Source: a virus
Lineage: Duplodnaviria; Caudoviricetes
Reading direction: 5' to 3' (one strand)
Length of the DNA: 62,182 bases
Virus record (IMG/VR): IMGVR_UViG_3300043464_000452
Location: 1 to 62,182 of that record
Made by a program: the position numbers and the translations under genes. Positions 19,739-31,900 of the stretch are shown one piece after another (within the stretch, counting starts at the first letter, position 1; every line of letters begins with the position of its first letter). The notes beneath the pieces were generated by a model. The model ran no database searches. It saw nothing but the letters and a program-made list of their open reading frames with translations, and was not told the origin of the DNA.

Positions 19739-21972
19739 CTAATAATTTGACTTTGATTTCCAGTGTTAGCGTACTTTGCGAAATTAACACTAATTTTCGA
19801 CTCTTTTTTATCTGGTAAATATACATGTTTTTGATTTGCCATTATAGCTAATCCAGAACTGATTGATGCATCGTGCTTTGTTCGGTCATTAATATCAAAC
19901 TTAGCCCAGTCCTCAAGCGTCCTAATGAATGGCATTGTGCCTATCTCATCAGCAGGTCTATAGGTAGATGTCATATCAAACCCGATGAACTTCTCAATGT
20001 AAGACTCAATAGCAGAGGCGTGTGCCTGCTTCACTTCTTCACTTGAGTTAGGTATACCACCAAGCTCACGCTCTGTCTTGCTAAGCTTGTTCAGCACCCT
20101 GTCAGGTCTGTTCAATGAGAACGCTCTGTAGCCCCTGTTCTTAAAGTGGTACAGTATACGTGCCTTGTTATTCTCTGCAAGCACCGGCATGCCATAGAAC
20201 ACACAGGCCATCAGCACATCCTCGAAGAATATCTCAGCAGTCTGTGGTCTAGCAATGTACTCTAAAAAGAACTGGTTCGCAGGGGCATCGTCCATGTGGT
20301 ACTTAGTCATGCCATGCAACGCACCATTAGATCCTCTCCCCCCTACAACCGCAGAGATATCGTACGGGTCACATCCAAATGAGCCAAGGTGCTCGTTGCC
20401 AGGGTACTTCATTCCATTCCTAGTCACCACATTGTTCTGCATGTTAGTAGGAGGGACCCAGCTAATTAAGAACCTGCCACGTTGGTCAGGTGTCCATATA
20501 ACCTTGCTGTCCTTCTCCCCATCCTTCCAGTGAAACAAACCACGTGTAACCATCTGTCCCTCAATCATTGAGTCGTTGTAGTCTATCTGCTGATAAATTT
20601 TGGTTAAGTTAAAGATAGATGACTTGCTCTCGTCCCTGAACGCATGACTCTCCGTGCGAGGGAACTGGCGATAGAACTCGTTAAGTGCATCGGCATCATT
20701 CTTCAATGAGTCCACCTCAGCCTCCCAATAGTCTATAGCACCATTACGTATCATCTGGTTGTCAACACCAAGGATAGGAGCGTTAGGCTTTCTAAGTACA
20801 GGCATACCGTACCTATCAATGAATCCCTCCATGTTCCACTCCATTGGTATAAACAATGAGTATAGGCCACTCTTAGTCTGTCCATTCGCATTCCTAGTTA
20901 ATACATTTGAGTCCTCGTATAGCTTCTTATAATTGTCCCCACCCTTGCTCAACGCATTCGATGTAGATCCCATCATGCACTTGCCAATAATCTTGCTGCC
21001 CACCCTTAGACAGGTCTTGGTCACTCGCCAGTTGTTGAGAATGTTATTTGGCTTAGTCCACTTAGCACTCTCATCATGTGCCAAGAATAGTAGCTTCTCA
21101 CCATCGTAAGAGTTCTCCTCAGTGTTCTTCCAGTCAATGGTGGTATCTAGACCAAGCACATCGTTGTCTCCGACAGTGGACATGTTCTTTTTAGTAATCT
21201 TAGATGCAGGTACCCGGTATGCAAGCTCAGTCTTTGGCTTGTCCATACCATCCATGATAGGTCTGAAGAAGAATGGTAGCCTGCTATTTATTGGGACCAC
21301 CTTGTCAGTAAACATCTTCTTAGCATCGGCACCTGTCTTAGATAGGATACCAACACGAGAGTCACGAGCAAGAGTAGCTATGTTAACGCACTCAGATGAT
21401 GACATGAACGAGAACCCTGAGCGTCTAATCTTTAGGTATATCATACCAAATGACCTATGGTCTGCTCTGCATGCCTCCCAGAATATAAAGAATATGCGGT
21501 TAGCCTCACGATAGTCTGCGTATCCAACGTCAATGCTGGACCACTGCAAGTACATGTAGTGAGATCCTGTGATGTATGTTGGCTCACCATTGTTCATAAA
21601 CCACATGCCATCCTCACGCCTGTTAAACTCAGCCTCAATGTAGTCTACCCAGCTGTCCTTAAACTCAGCAGGCATCTCATTCCAGTGGAAGATTGACTGT
21701 ATCTTCAACAGCTCCTTTGGTAGCTCCTGCCTCTCCCAGTATTGATCCCTGATGTTATTGCTCCTTGAGAAACAATCTTTAGGTGCCTTAGGTAAGGCCA
21801 CATGCAGCCCTGAGATATTTATGATATCACCTATCTCTCCGGTCCTAGATATAACGACCATGTCGTACTGCTCATTGTAGCCGTACATCCATGTCCTTCC
21901 GCTGTTCTTTTTACTTAAAGCGTTCTGAGGGACGTAGTCCTTAACGATTCGATATAGACCTTCGCTCTGCAA
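19735..21972 (-). CDS. terL: Terminase large subunit
   Basis: Walker A KIRRSGFS, Walker B FLAHDE, RNase H-like GCDPYD...HDASISS. Confidence 0.9.
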   Translation of the reverse strand: MQSEGLYRIVKDYVPQNALSKKNSGRTWMYGYNEQYDMVVISRTGEIGDIINISGLHVALPKAPKDCFSRSNNIRDQYWERQELPKELLKIQSIFHWNEMPAEFKDSWVDYIEAEFNRREDGMWFMNNGEPTYITGSHYMYLQWSSIDVGYADYREANRIFFIFWEACRADHRSFGMIYLKIRRSGFSFMSSSECVNIATLARDSRVGILSKTGADAKKMFTDKVVPINSRLPFFFRPIMDGMDKPKTELAYRVPASKITKKNMSTVGDNDVLGLDTTIDWKNTEENSYDGEKLLFLAHDESAKWTKPNNILNNWRVTKTCLRVGSKIIGKCMMGSTSNALSKGGDNYKKLYEDSNVLTRNANGQTKSGLYSLFIPMEWNMEGFIDRYGMPVLRKPNAPILGVDNQMIRNGAIDYWEAEVDSLKNDADALNEFYRQFPRTESHAFRDESKSSIFNLTKIYQQIDYNDSMIEGQMVTRGLFHWKDGEKDSKVIWTPDQRGRFLISWVPPTNMQNNVVTRNGMKYPGNEHLGSFGCDPYDISAVVGGRGSNGALHGMTKYHMDDAPANQFFLEYIARPQTAEIFFEDVLMACVFYGMPVLAENNKARILYHFKNRGYRAFSLNRPDRVLNKLSKTERELGGIPNSSEEVKQAHASAIESYIEKFIGFDMTSTYRPADEIGTMPFIRTLEDWAKFDINDRTKHDASISSGLAIMANQKHVYLPDKKESKISVNFAKYANTGNQSQIIR

Positions 21973-22225
21973 ATCCCTGTTTGGTTTCTGTTCTGTTCAC
22001 TCCCTTATCCAACATATCAAGAGCTTCACGCTCAGCCTCTATCCTATTTAAAATCTCAAACGCATCAAAGATGGCTAACTTCTTTGTCGCTGCGGCATTC
22101 TTTAACCTATCAGCAGACAACTCATCCTCATCATCATGCTTGATGATAGCCTCCTTAGCCACCATAATAAGCTGCTCTACAGCCTGGTGTCCTGCCTCAA
22201 TTATCTTCAGCTTAATTTCTCTCAT
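21941..22225 (-). CDS. Putative terminase small subunit
   Basis: 94 aa helical protein overlapping terL start. Confidence 0.55.
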   Translation of the reverse strand: MREIKLKIIEAGHQAVEQLIMVAKEAIIKHDDEDELSADRLKNAAATKKLAIFDAFEILNRIEAEREALDMLDKGVNRTETKQGFAERRSISNR

Positions 22226-22785
22226 AGCTTGATAGTTATCTGGTGGTCATACATCCTGTACAGCTTCTCTCCATCCACATCAAACTCATACTCACTGTCA
22301 GGCTTGAAGCATACTAGGTCACCTGAACAAATGCCTTGCGTTGAGAGGTAATCGTTTGGGAAACGCATAATTCCCATGAGGGGTTCATGGGAGAATGGCT
22401 TCTTAATATACGACTCAATTACAGGAATAGGTTTAACAAAGCAGTACCTGTCATAAGTGTTCCATGTGCCGTTTCTACGGTACATGAAAAACTGATCAGG
22501 CTCAATGAAGAACTTATCGTCTCTAAAAAATGCACGACCGCTCTTACGTCTACCTTTGATATCATTGTAGAACTTAAATGCATTGTGGTGTACTAATAGT
22601 GTATCACCCTGCTGAACAGGACCATCGTATCCATAGGGCACCTCAATCACCTCAGCATATCTGTTGGAGAACTTGTGGTCCTCCTCTGATGTGTTGACAA
22701 TGAACTCAATGCCACCAATATCCTTGGTGTTGTTGTATCGCTCACCATTAATTGGCCTCACGATAAAATCAAATGGGGACTGCAT
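22222..22785 (-). CDS. Tandem GroES-like (co-chaperonin fold) protein
   Basis: Two repeats of FIVRP/FVKP...GD.(L/V)(L/C)...(F/Y)..DG..(F/Y) Cpn10-like pattern. Confidence 0.55.
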   Translation of the reverse strand: MQSPFDFIVRPINGERYNNTKDIGGIEFIVNTSEEDHKFSNRYAEVIEVPYGYDGPVQQGDTLLVHHNAFKFYNDIKGRRKSGRAFFRDDKFFIEPDQFFMYRRNGTWNTYDRYCFVKPIPVIESYIKKPFSHEPLMGIMRFPNDYLSTQGICSGDLVCFKPDSEYEFDVDGEKLYRMYDHQITIKL

Positions 22786-23012
22786 TAGTAGTTTATATTG
22801 TATTCAATTGCAACAGGCATAGTGTAGTTGAACTCCTTCCAGAGTACTATCTCCTGCTTCTCGTTTATAATATAGATCCTAATGGCTCCTGTGTCTATGG
22901 TGAACTTAATGAGATGAATCTCATGGCTATCACCAAGCACCTTCTGACCCACGATGTAATGCATTGATCCACCCTTGTAATCTGGGCCTATTGATATTTT
23001 TCTTATGTCCAT
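22785..23012 (-). CDS. Hypothetical protein
   Basis: 75 aa ORF coupled to the next gene. Confidence 0.6.
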   Translation of the reverse strand: MDIRKISIGPDYKGGSMHYIVGQKVLGDSHEIHLIKFTIDTGAIRIYIINEKQEIVLWKEFNYTMPVAIEYNINY

Positions 23013-23039
23013 TAGATTAAATTTTAGTTGGGGAGGTGT

Positions 23040-23276
23040 TTAAAACACCACCCCTAGTTGACCTGTTCCTGTGATTCGGTACACGTTCCCTACCACAAGA
23101 CCACCAGCAAGTGCCGCTGTATTGTTAGCGTAGACAGGTACATTTGGTAGAGGCATGGATAGAATGCTGCCGATAGTGTAGTTCTTAGTATTGTTGCTGT
23201 CTTGAGCATCAGTACCAATAAGCTTGTCACTATAGGATATGGTATTGTCCGTTGAGTATGAGCTTATTTTTGCCAT
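23040..23276 (-). CDS. Short fibre-anchor protein
   Basis: Likely start MAKISSYS at 23276; N-terminus similar to that of the 2008-aa fibre (MAKIS.Y......D.LIGTD..D.N.TKN.TIG.I). Confidence 0.65.
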   Translation of the reverse strand: MAKISSYSTDNTISYSDKLIGTDAQDSNNTKNYTIGSILSMPLPNVPVYANNTAALAGGLVVGNVYRITGTGQLGVVF

Positions 23277-23277
23277 T

Positions 23278-23604
23278 TTATTCTTCGGTCTCAGGAGTTG
23301 GAGTAGGCTCAGGCGCAGGAGGCACTGGTGGTACATAGTCACCTGTGATGGTTAGGTTCAGTTGTTCTGCCACCCAGTCCCATGCGTAGGAGTCCACTTC
23401 CCATTGTGCGTAAGCCTCGCCTGTCATGTTTAGGTTTCCTTGTGCTACTTGTTGACCTACATTCCCCTCTGTTGTTTGAGAAAGTAGTTGATAATAGAAT
23501 GTTGCACTTGTTCCTAGTGTAACATTTACAGCGTAAGCGTTTAAGATAGTTGCCTCTACTGTTTGTCCGTTGTCCCAAATGGATACTGGTTCGATTGTTT
23601 TCAT
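23278..23604 (-). CDS. Putative tail fibre assembly/chaperone-like protein
   Basis: 108 aa, directly after fibre gene, Pro-rich C-terminus. Confidence 0.45.
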   Translation of the reverse strand: MKTIEPVSIWDNGQTVEATILNAYAVNVTLGTSATFYYQLLSQTTEGNVGQQVAQGNLNMTGEAYAQWEVDSYAWDWVAEQLNLTITGDYVPPVPPAPEPTPTPETEE

Positions 23605-23623
23605 TTGTTTATTTGTTTAAAGT

Positions 23624-25936
23624 TTATACTTCCATTGCTCCAATGTAATATTCAATTCCACCAACGTTTACTCTTAATCTACGATTTGGAGTTACTGATG
23701 CAATACTTGCTTCACCAAATCTCCAAGCAATACCTGACCTATTATCATTTTGAGGATTCCAGGTCATAATTTCATTGGAAAAAGTAGTGCCATTTACTCT
23801 AAGTTTATCACCAGGATTATCAGTTGTTCCAATTAAAACATTTCCATTTGACGCAATAATCATTCTAATATTAGAAGTTGAGTCAGTTAGGAAACGTATG
23901 TCTTGACCAGAATTGTGTGCTGAAATAGTAATTCCACCCCCCAAAGCATTAGTACCAAAAACAGAACGCCCCGCCCAGTTTGCGGTTGCGTGTGTGCTAG
24001 AGAAGGCACCATAAAATCCGCTTGAATTATTAGCAGAAATAATAAATTGAGCACTTGCTGCATTACCTGTATTTGGGTTAATCATAGCAACAGACGAAAC
24101 GCCACTTTGACTTCTTTCTACGCTCAACACTCTATTTACACCTCCATCCGTTGTCGTTCCAATCAGCACGTTGCCGCCTGTTACCGCTTGTAAAGCCAAA
24201 GAAGAAGCTTCAATGCTCATTGGTTGATAACTTCCATAAAATGAACTATCAACACCAAAAATAGTAGACCTTCCTGAACTAAAGGTTCCATCATTATCAA
24301 TTCTTATCCCTCTAGCGGTTCCACCAAAAGCAGCAGTAGTTCCATTACTTGCATTGTAAACGGTTATTGGATAAGTAGCAGCAGCACCAGCAACACCAAC
24401 TCTACCACTAAAGGTAGCTGCGCCTGTGGAGGCTAAGTTTAACGATGTACTGCCTGCATTTACAAATTGTGTAGTATTTGGAACGGTAGCATGACTTGAA
24501 CCAAATACCCTAACGTAAGTTTGTCCACCGATATTAGATAAACCAACACTACCTGCTGCTGTTCCACCATAAATAAACGGATTAGCTGCTGATAAAGTTA
24601 AATCTGCTCCTGTTGTTAAGCTACCACTAAACCTACCTGTTCCGTTTACATCTAAAGCAAAGGTTGATTCAGCAGGCGGAGGAGTTCCGATAAGTACTCT
24701 TCCTGCTGCGGTTATACGCAATCTTTCCGTTGTAGCCCCATTCCCACCGCCACTATTGGTATAAAATCTCATGTGAGATGCGGTAGAAGCGGATGGATTA
24801 TCTTGAATAACTGCTATTCTACCCAAATAAGCATTAGCAACCGTATTATCACCAAATATGATACCTCCAGTAGTAGTAGGAGATGTTGATGTTCCACCGC
24901 TTGGTGTAGTACTAATACAAATGTTGCCGTCTTCCGCATTACCGAAAGTAGCTAAAGGAGCAACTTGAAGTCTATGATTTATTGTTGCCGTGCCAATCCC
25001 AACATCTCCGCCTGAGGTGATGCGCATTCGTTCGGCTGTACTATTTCTAAAAATAGTAACACCACTAGACCCAGCAGTTATGTAATTATCATAAGTTCCA
25101 CCCAAGCCAAAATGGGTATCATTTCCACCAGCATCTCTCAAAGAAAAACGACCCCCACTTGTTAAACCAACTAAAACATCTCCACCTGAGGTGATAGTTA
25201 AAGCATCATTTGCAGATGCTGTACCCATTCTTATTTGGCTAATATCTGAATCTCTACCAATCTCAATTTGATTGCCTGAGTTTAAAATAATAAGATTTCT
25301 GAATGCTGTATTTGCTGCATTTCTACCTGCTAATCCAAAACTATTTGGAGCATTAAACCAACTCCCAACTGTCACGCTACTTGAAAAAGTAGCTGCACCT
25401 GTGGAGGCTATGGTTAAAACAGGTGTAGTATAGGTGGTCCCACCATTAGTAGTTGATGGTGTAAGTTGAAAAGCATTCCCAACTGTATTATCTTTTTCAA
25501 TTTTCCAATTGACTGCTGTTCCGCCCGTACCACCTCTTAACTCTATTCCGTTAGAATTTTGCGTTCCTGTATTTTGGAATATAGCAGAAGTCCCACCTGC
25601 TGTTGTGGATGCGGTTAACTGCCCACTAAACCTACCTGTTCCGTTTACATCTAGGGTAAAAGCAGGAGTAGCAGTACCAATCCCCAGCCTATCATTTGTC
25701 GCATCCCAAAATAAGTTTGACTCTCCTGTTATAGCTGAAGCTGATGACCAATAAGCTACTTGACCTGCTGCTCCTGTTCCTGTTACAATATTTGCAGGAG
25801 CACCGGTAATCTTGGTCCAAGCTAATGAAGTTATCCACGCAGGGTTAGCATACGAGCCTGTACTGACAATCACATTGATGTCATCAATCCCACTGTCTGC
25901 TAATATGTTGTTTACTATCGTTGCTAAATTCGACAT
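23624..25936 (-). CDS. Tail fibre protein
   Basis: Repeated ERMRITSGG.VGIGT / LDVNGTGRFSG beta-strand modules. Confidence 0.8.
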   Translation of the reverse strand: MSNLATIVNNILADSGIDDINVIVSTGSYANPAWITSLAWTKITGAPANIVTGTGAAGQVAYWSSASAITGESNLFWDATNDRLGIGTATPAFTLDVNGTGRFSGQLTASTTAGGTSAIFQNTGTQNSNGIELRGGTGGTAVNWKIEKDNTVGNAFQLTPSTTNGGTTYTTPVLTIASTGAATFSSSVTVGSWFNAPNSFGLAGRNAANTAFRNLIILNSGNQIEIGRDSDISQIRMGTASANDALTITSGGDVLVGLTSGGRFSLRDAGGNDTHFGLGGTYDNYITAGSSGVTIFRNSTAERMRITSGGDVGIGTATINHRLQVAPLATFGNAEDGNICISTTPSGGTSTSPTTTGGIIFGDNTVANAYLGRIAVIQDNPSASTASHMRFYTNSGGGNGATTERLRITAAGRVLIGTPPPAESTFALDVNGTGRFSGSLTTGADLTLSAANPFIYGGTAAGSVGLSNIGGQTYVRVFGSSHATVPNTTQFVNAGSTSLNLASTGAATFSGRVGVAGAAATYPITVYNASNGTTAAFGGTARGIRIDNDGTFSSGRSTIFGVDSSFYGSYQPMSIEASSLALQAVTGGNVLIGTTTDGGVNRVLSVERSQSGVSSVAMINPNTGNAASAQFIISANNSSGFYGAFSSTHATANWAGRSVFGTNALGGGITISAHNSGQDIRFLTDSTSNIRMIIASNGNVLIGTTDNPGDKLRVNGTTFSNEIMTWNPQNDNRSGIAWRFGEASIASVTPNRRLRVNVGGIEYYIGAMEV

Positions 25937-25939
25937 ATC

Positions 25940-28900
25940 TTAAATCATTCCAAGTGTGCGCCAAGTTGCGTTAGCGTAAATATACAAACCAATTACTGAA
26001 TCTGTCTGATAAACTATTAACCCCTCAGCAGGAGATGCAATCGCTGTCCGCTGTGCAGCAGTCATCCGTGGAGGCAAAAACCCTTGCGTAGTTGACTCCA
26101 TCGTAAGGATTGAACTCGCTGCGTTGGTAGTTGTTCCTAGCAATAGTGAGCCGTACCATCTGCCGAAGGTTGTAGATGAGTTGCCTAGCACAGTAGTGTT
26201 AGAGCCTAAGCCTACTACATCGTAGCCTATTACTACCTCGTTAGTTGAGCCTGTAGCGTTAAGTCCTCTAGTTTGAAAACCTAAGTAAATAGAGTTGTTT
26301 ACAGAGGTCATTGCAGTAGTTCCTGAACCTGCGTATCTGCCTGAGTTACGACCAAACGCTATATTGTTAGCACCTGTTGTGTTAGCCAATCCTGCATTTT
26401 CACCAAAGAAAGAGTTTGAACTTGCCGTTGTATTAGATAATCCAGCACTTACTCCAAAGAAAGAGTTAGATGCTCCTGTTGTATTTCCTTGACCTGAACT
26501 TGTTCCAAAGAAAGAGTTATTACTTCCTGTTGTATTTGCAAATCCTGAAACCTGACCAAAGAAACTATTAGTTCCACCTGTTGTGTTTGCTGCCCCTGCA
26601 CTTGCACCAAAAAAAGCATTAGAGCCTCCTGTTGTATTGCCTGCCCCTGCACTTGCACCAAAGAAAGAATTGCTTGCCCCCGTTGTGTTTGCTATACCTG
26701 ATGACCTTCCAAAAAATGAATTATCATTTCCTGTTGTATTTGATGCCCCTGCACTTGAACCAAAGAAAGAGTTAAATATACCTATTGTGTTTGCTTGTCC
26801 TGATAACCTTCCAAAAAAAGAATTACTTGCTCCTGTTGTGTTTGATACTCCACAAGATTGACCAACAAAAGTATTATTTCCACCAGTTGTGTTATCCTGA
26901 CCAGCACTCTGTCCAATGAAGGTGTTATTTGTTCCAGTTGTATTTCTCCTTCCAGAAAGAAACCCTATAAAAGTGTTAGTGTTGGAAATATTATTTCTAA
27001 TTTCATTATTTATATTTCCTGAACTATTAGTAAATGTAACACTAGCACTCGAAGCAGAAATTACTCTAATCGATAAAACAATCGTTCCGTTAAAGTCAGT
27101 AGTTGGCACAATCTCAAGAGTTGCCGTTGATGTAGCCCTTGGACCTACTGCTCCTGTTGCAGTTAAAGAACTGAAAGTTATGCCTCCGTAGTTTATTACA
27201 AAAGACCCCGTTGTTCTTCCAGTTACTGTAAAGGTAATCTGATAATAAGTACCTACCACCGCTGCAAGCGTAGTAGTCAAAGCAGCCGTTGAGCCGATTG
27301 TATGCGTGTATCCTGTGGCAAAGTCCGTACCTGCCCAGTTCGTTCCTGTGCCTGTGGTAGCTAACTCAGAACCCAAAGGTGCGGTATCGGAAGCCGTAGT
27401 GCCTTGAATGGTTGATAAGCCGTTAAGTAAAGATGTGCCTGTAACTTGCAACATCTGACCTGAGTTGGTTGATGTGCCTACAAGTAGGTTACCGAACCAT
27501 CTTCCAAAGGTTGTAGATGTGTTGCCAAGCACAGTTGTGTTTGAACCTAAGCCTATGGCAGTGATACCGATTACGATTTGGTTTGTCTGATTGTTAGCAT
27601 TCGCTCTTGTGTTTGCACCTATAAATACAGAGTCGTTTGCAATTGTTAAATCAGTTGTTACATAAGCAAGAAATCTGCCTGCATTTATTCCAAAAAAACA
27701 GTTAGATACACCTGTTGTGTTAGAAAATCCTGAATTTATTCCAAAGAAAGAGTTGTTCCCTCCTGTTGTATTTGAAAATCCTGCAAATACACCAAAGAAA
27801 GAGTTGCTTCCTCCTGTGCTGTTTAATTCTCCAGACCTTGTGCCAAAGAAAGAATTGCTTGCCCCTGTGCTATTACTAATTCCTGAACCTTGACCAAAGA
27901 AAGAGTTACTTCCTCCTGTTGTGTTTGCTTGTCCTGAACTTGCTCCAAAGAAAGAATTGCTTGCCCCCGTTGTGTTTGAATTTCCTGCAAATATACCAAA
28001 GAAAGAGTTGTTATTGCCTGTTGTATTACTTGCTCCTGCACTTGAACCAAATAAAGAATTGTTTACTCCAGTTGTATTATTTCTTCCAGAGCCAAATCCA
28101 ATAAATGTATTTGTATTAGAATTACTAATTCTAATTTGATTACTTATTGCTGCTGAACTATTGTTAAATGTTACAACTGCACTTGAAAATGAAATAACCC
28201 GAATCGACAAAACAATCGTTCCGTTAAAGTCAGAGGTAGGAGTAATAACAAGCGTTCCTGTTGTGGTTGCTCTTGGCCCTACCGCTCCTGTTGCTGTAAT
28301 ACCTGCTGTAGTTGCTCCACCAAAGTCAATTGCAAAGCTACCTGCCGTTCTGCCCGTTACTGTGTATGTAATTTGATATAATGTACTTACCACCCCTGCA
28401 AGCGTACTTGTCAAGGTAGTAGTAGACCCTGCCACGTGGGTGTAGCCTGTGGCAAAGCTAGTCCCTGTCCAAGAAGCATCTCCTGTGCCTGTGGTTAGCA
28501 GTTCAGCACCTAGCTGCCCTGAGTCGGAAGCCGTAGTCCCTTGAATAGTTGATAAGCCGTTTAGCAAGGATGTGCCTGTAACTTGTAAGCGTTGACCTGA
28601 GTTTGTAAGACTTCCTAAAAGAAGGTTTCCGCCTGTTGTTAAGTTAAATAATGTACTTCCTCCTAGTGCAGCATCTGTACCTATTCCAAATGTGCCTGCA
28701 TCTGTTTGACCTGCATACCAAGAGTTAGTTACATTTTGATAACGAATATATATGTTACTAGTAGCTGTTGTTCTTTCAACAGTCAAAGCGTTTGCAACTG
28801 CTCCCTGCACCCTTGCAGTGCCGTTGACATCTAAAGCAAAGGTCGAGTTCGTAGATGTGCCAATCAGCAAGTTACCGAACCACCGCCCGAAGGTAGTAGA

Positions 28901-31900
28901 GGAGTTGCCGATTACTGTGGTATTGCTGCCAAGACCTATGGCTGTGTGACCGATTGCAATTTGGTTAGTTTCACTATTTGCATTTGCTCTGCTATTAAAT
29001 CCTATAAAAACAGAGTTAGTAGCGGTTGTTAAGGTAGTTGCTCCATCTGCTATAAATCTGCCTGCACTTCTGCCAATTGCCGTATTTCCTCCTCCTGTGG
29101 CATTATTTTGCAAAGCACCTGTACCTAATCCTGTGTTATTATTTCCTGTAGTATTTGAAAATAATGCATTAGTACCAAAAGCAGAATTTTCGGAACCTAT
29201 TGTATTAGCATTTAATGCACTAGCACCAACCCTTAGGTTTGTGCTTACTGCTCCACCACCTAGTCCAATGTTCACCCCATTCACCACCGCATCAGCAGTA
29301 GTGGTAAGCACCCCCTGCACCCTTGCAGTGCCGTTGACATCTAATACGAAAGCACCTGGACTTCCACCAACACCCAAACGCTTATTTGTATTATCCCAAA
29401 ACAATCCGTTATCCCCTGTCTGCGAAGTAGTCCCATTCCAAAAGGCTACTTGACCTGATGTTCCTGTGCCTCCTATCTTAGAATTAAAGGTTGTCCAATC
29501 AGCACTACTCAAAGCACCCCTATTCACAGCTGATGCTGTAGGCAGATTAAAGGTATGCGTATCAACTGCACTTAAAATATTAAAGTTAGTACCTGCTGTG
29601 CCTGTAGCAAAGTATTGAACCTGAGAAGTCAACCCATTCAATGCAGTTAGCCCAGTTGTAAACGTGGTTATAACTTGGCAAAGGTGGCCATTCTCAGTGT
29701 GTAAAGTAATTGTTCGTCCTGATGTATTGACATAAATACGTATAGCCAATCTATCCGTTAAAGTCAAAGTAGTCTGTGGAACTGCTAAAGCACTAAAGTA
29801 AGCCTCGATGTTTGTACCATCATTAATTAACTTAGGCGAACCACTATTGGATGCAATAAGTGTAAATGTAGTGCCATCATACTTATACAACTCAAGATAA
29901 AAGGTTGGACTTCCTCCACCGCTAGATGCACTAAAATATGTCTCAAAGTTCCAGTTACCAGCAGGGATTGCAAGTAAAGCAGGGTCACCAGCATCAGTTA
30001 AAAACGATGAAATATATCCGTTTGTATTTCTAGTAAAGTCAGTGCCTGCTCCAATAATTGGAGTCCTATTCATTTCGTAATAAGTCACTCCACCAATCGT
30101 TCCTTGATTAACAGAACCATTCAAGTAGTAACTTACAGATGCACCACCCCCAGTCCCACTAGTAGGTAATGTAGCCAACGCGCCATCACCACGAACATAT
30201 TGAGTAGCATTTCCTGCTCCGACAACGGTTAGTGTGCCAGCACTTGTTACAGGGCTGTTCGATACAGTAAAAGCAGGAGGCATAGATAGTCCAACTGAAG
30301 TAACTGTACCTACAAATTGGTCAGTGTACTGAGGGATATTTAGCACGTTAGATATTAACGTAGCTGCACCACTTGTACCTGTTGTAGTTAGAGTCAAAGC
30401 ACCTTGAGCTCCAATATCACTCAATATCTCAGCACCTGTTCTATACTTGATTACTCCACCATCTGATACAATGAACCTGTCGGTATCTGTAATAGCATTA
30501 GCAATTGTATTCACATACAAGTTACCAGTTATCTCAAGCTTGTATCCATTGTCTACTACACCAGTGCCAAGTATAAAGTTGCCATTAGCAAATACTCTAG
30601 ACACCTGAGTGCCACCAATAAATTGAACTACTACACCATCAGTATAGCTGTGTACAGTTGACCTCGGAGAACCGAAGTTGTTCATCTGTATAGCGTACGT
30701 GTATGGAGTCAGTCCAATGTTTGTAAAGTTTACCGTACCCCCGGTTGCGCTATTGTATTGAAAGTTAAATGCATCAGGGCCATAAGACAATGGGCTATCA
30801 GCTAATGATGTAGCACCACTCCACATCGGCAAAGTGAAAATCGTTCCTGTTCCTGTTACTGGATTAGTTAACGCATTCTGCTTATTGTTGAATGTGTTCC
30901 AGTCAGTACTCGACAGGTATCCATCTGAGCTTGCTCCCGACTGCGTGATTCCAATTGTGCCGGAACCAGTAATTGTCCCCCCTGTAAGCGGTCCAGTTGT
31001 GGAAATTGACGTAACTGTACCTACGCTCCAACTCCTGTTGGCAGACAAGTCAAATGTCGTACCATTAATTGTCAGCTCTCTTGTTAATGGAACACCTCCA
31101 AGCCCTGCTAATGTGTAGTTAGGGACATTTAATATTCCAGTTAGATTGCTATAAGTAGAAGCACCGCTGTTGCCTGTAGTCGTTAAACTAATTGCACTTC
31201 TAGCTCGTAGGTCGGTGTAGTATAAATTAGTTCCCTCAGCAATGTTAGTGGTTGTAAGCACAACTGCACCAACTTGTCCGTTAACAGAAATTACTGCGTC
31301 AGTGTTATCGACCTTCTCCCAAGCTGAGCCATTAAAGATGGCCCAATCACCAAGATTCCAATCGGTAATGCCGTTAAGGTTTGTATTACCAGCTACATTT
31401 ACTACATAGTAGTTACCCTGTACGCCTACTGAGCTCACTAAGGTTGGTGTATTAGTTGCTGCGTTCCATGTACCTTTGTACTGAACGCCACCAACAAGCG
31501 TGTTGATTTGATTCTGCACCTTACCAAACGCAGTAAGAATGCTATCAGTAGCAACAATTGCAGCCCCTGTAATATTAAGCCCTGTTAGGACTTTATTTAT
31601 TACAGCAGAGTTACTAAGCGTAACTGTTGCATTGCCGGGCCCTGAAGCAGTTGCTTCACCCGATAATTGGGTGATGTAGTTGCCAGCAGGCTGATATATT
31701 GTTGCGTCAAGGCTACCATCTGCTTTTAAAAACTGAGTAGCTAGTCCACCCCCAACAATAAATGCGGAAGAGGTAATATCAAAGGCACCTAAGTCTACAT
31801 TTTCAGTAGCCCCAATGTAAGGGACATAACTGCCCCCGATAATTAGACTAGCAATATCACCAATCGTAAAATTTTTGGTGATGTTCAAGTCCTCTACGTC

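Noticed and set aside
26300-28100. 42-nt periodic repeats as a CRISPR array or DGR template/variable repeats
   Set aside because: They are in-frame coding repeats with no unique spacers. No cas or reverse transcriptase gene is present, and I saw no adenine-specific mismatch pattern.
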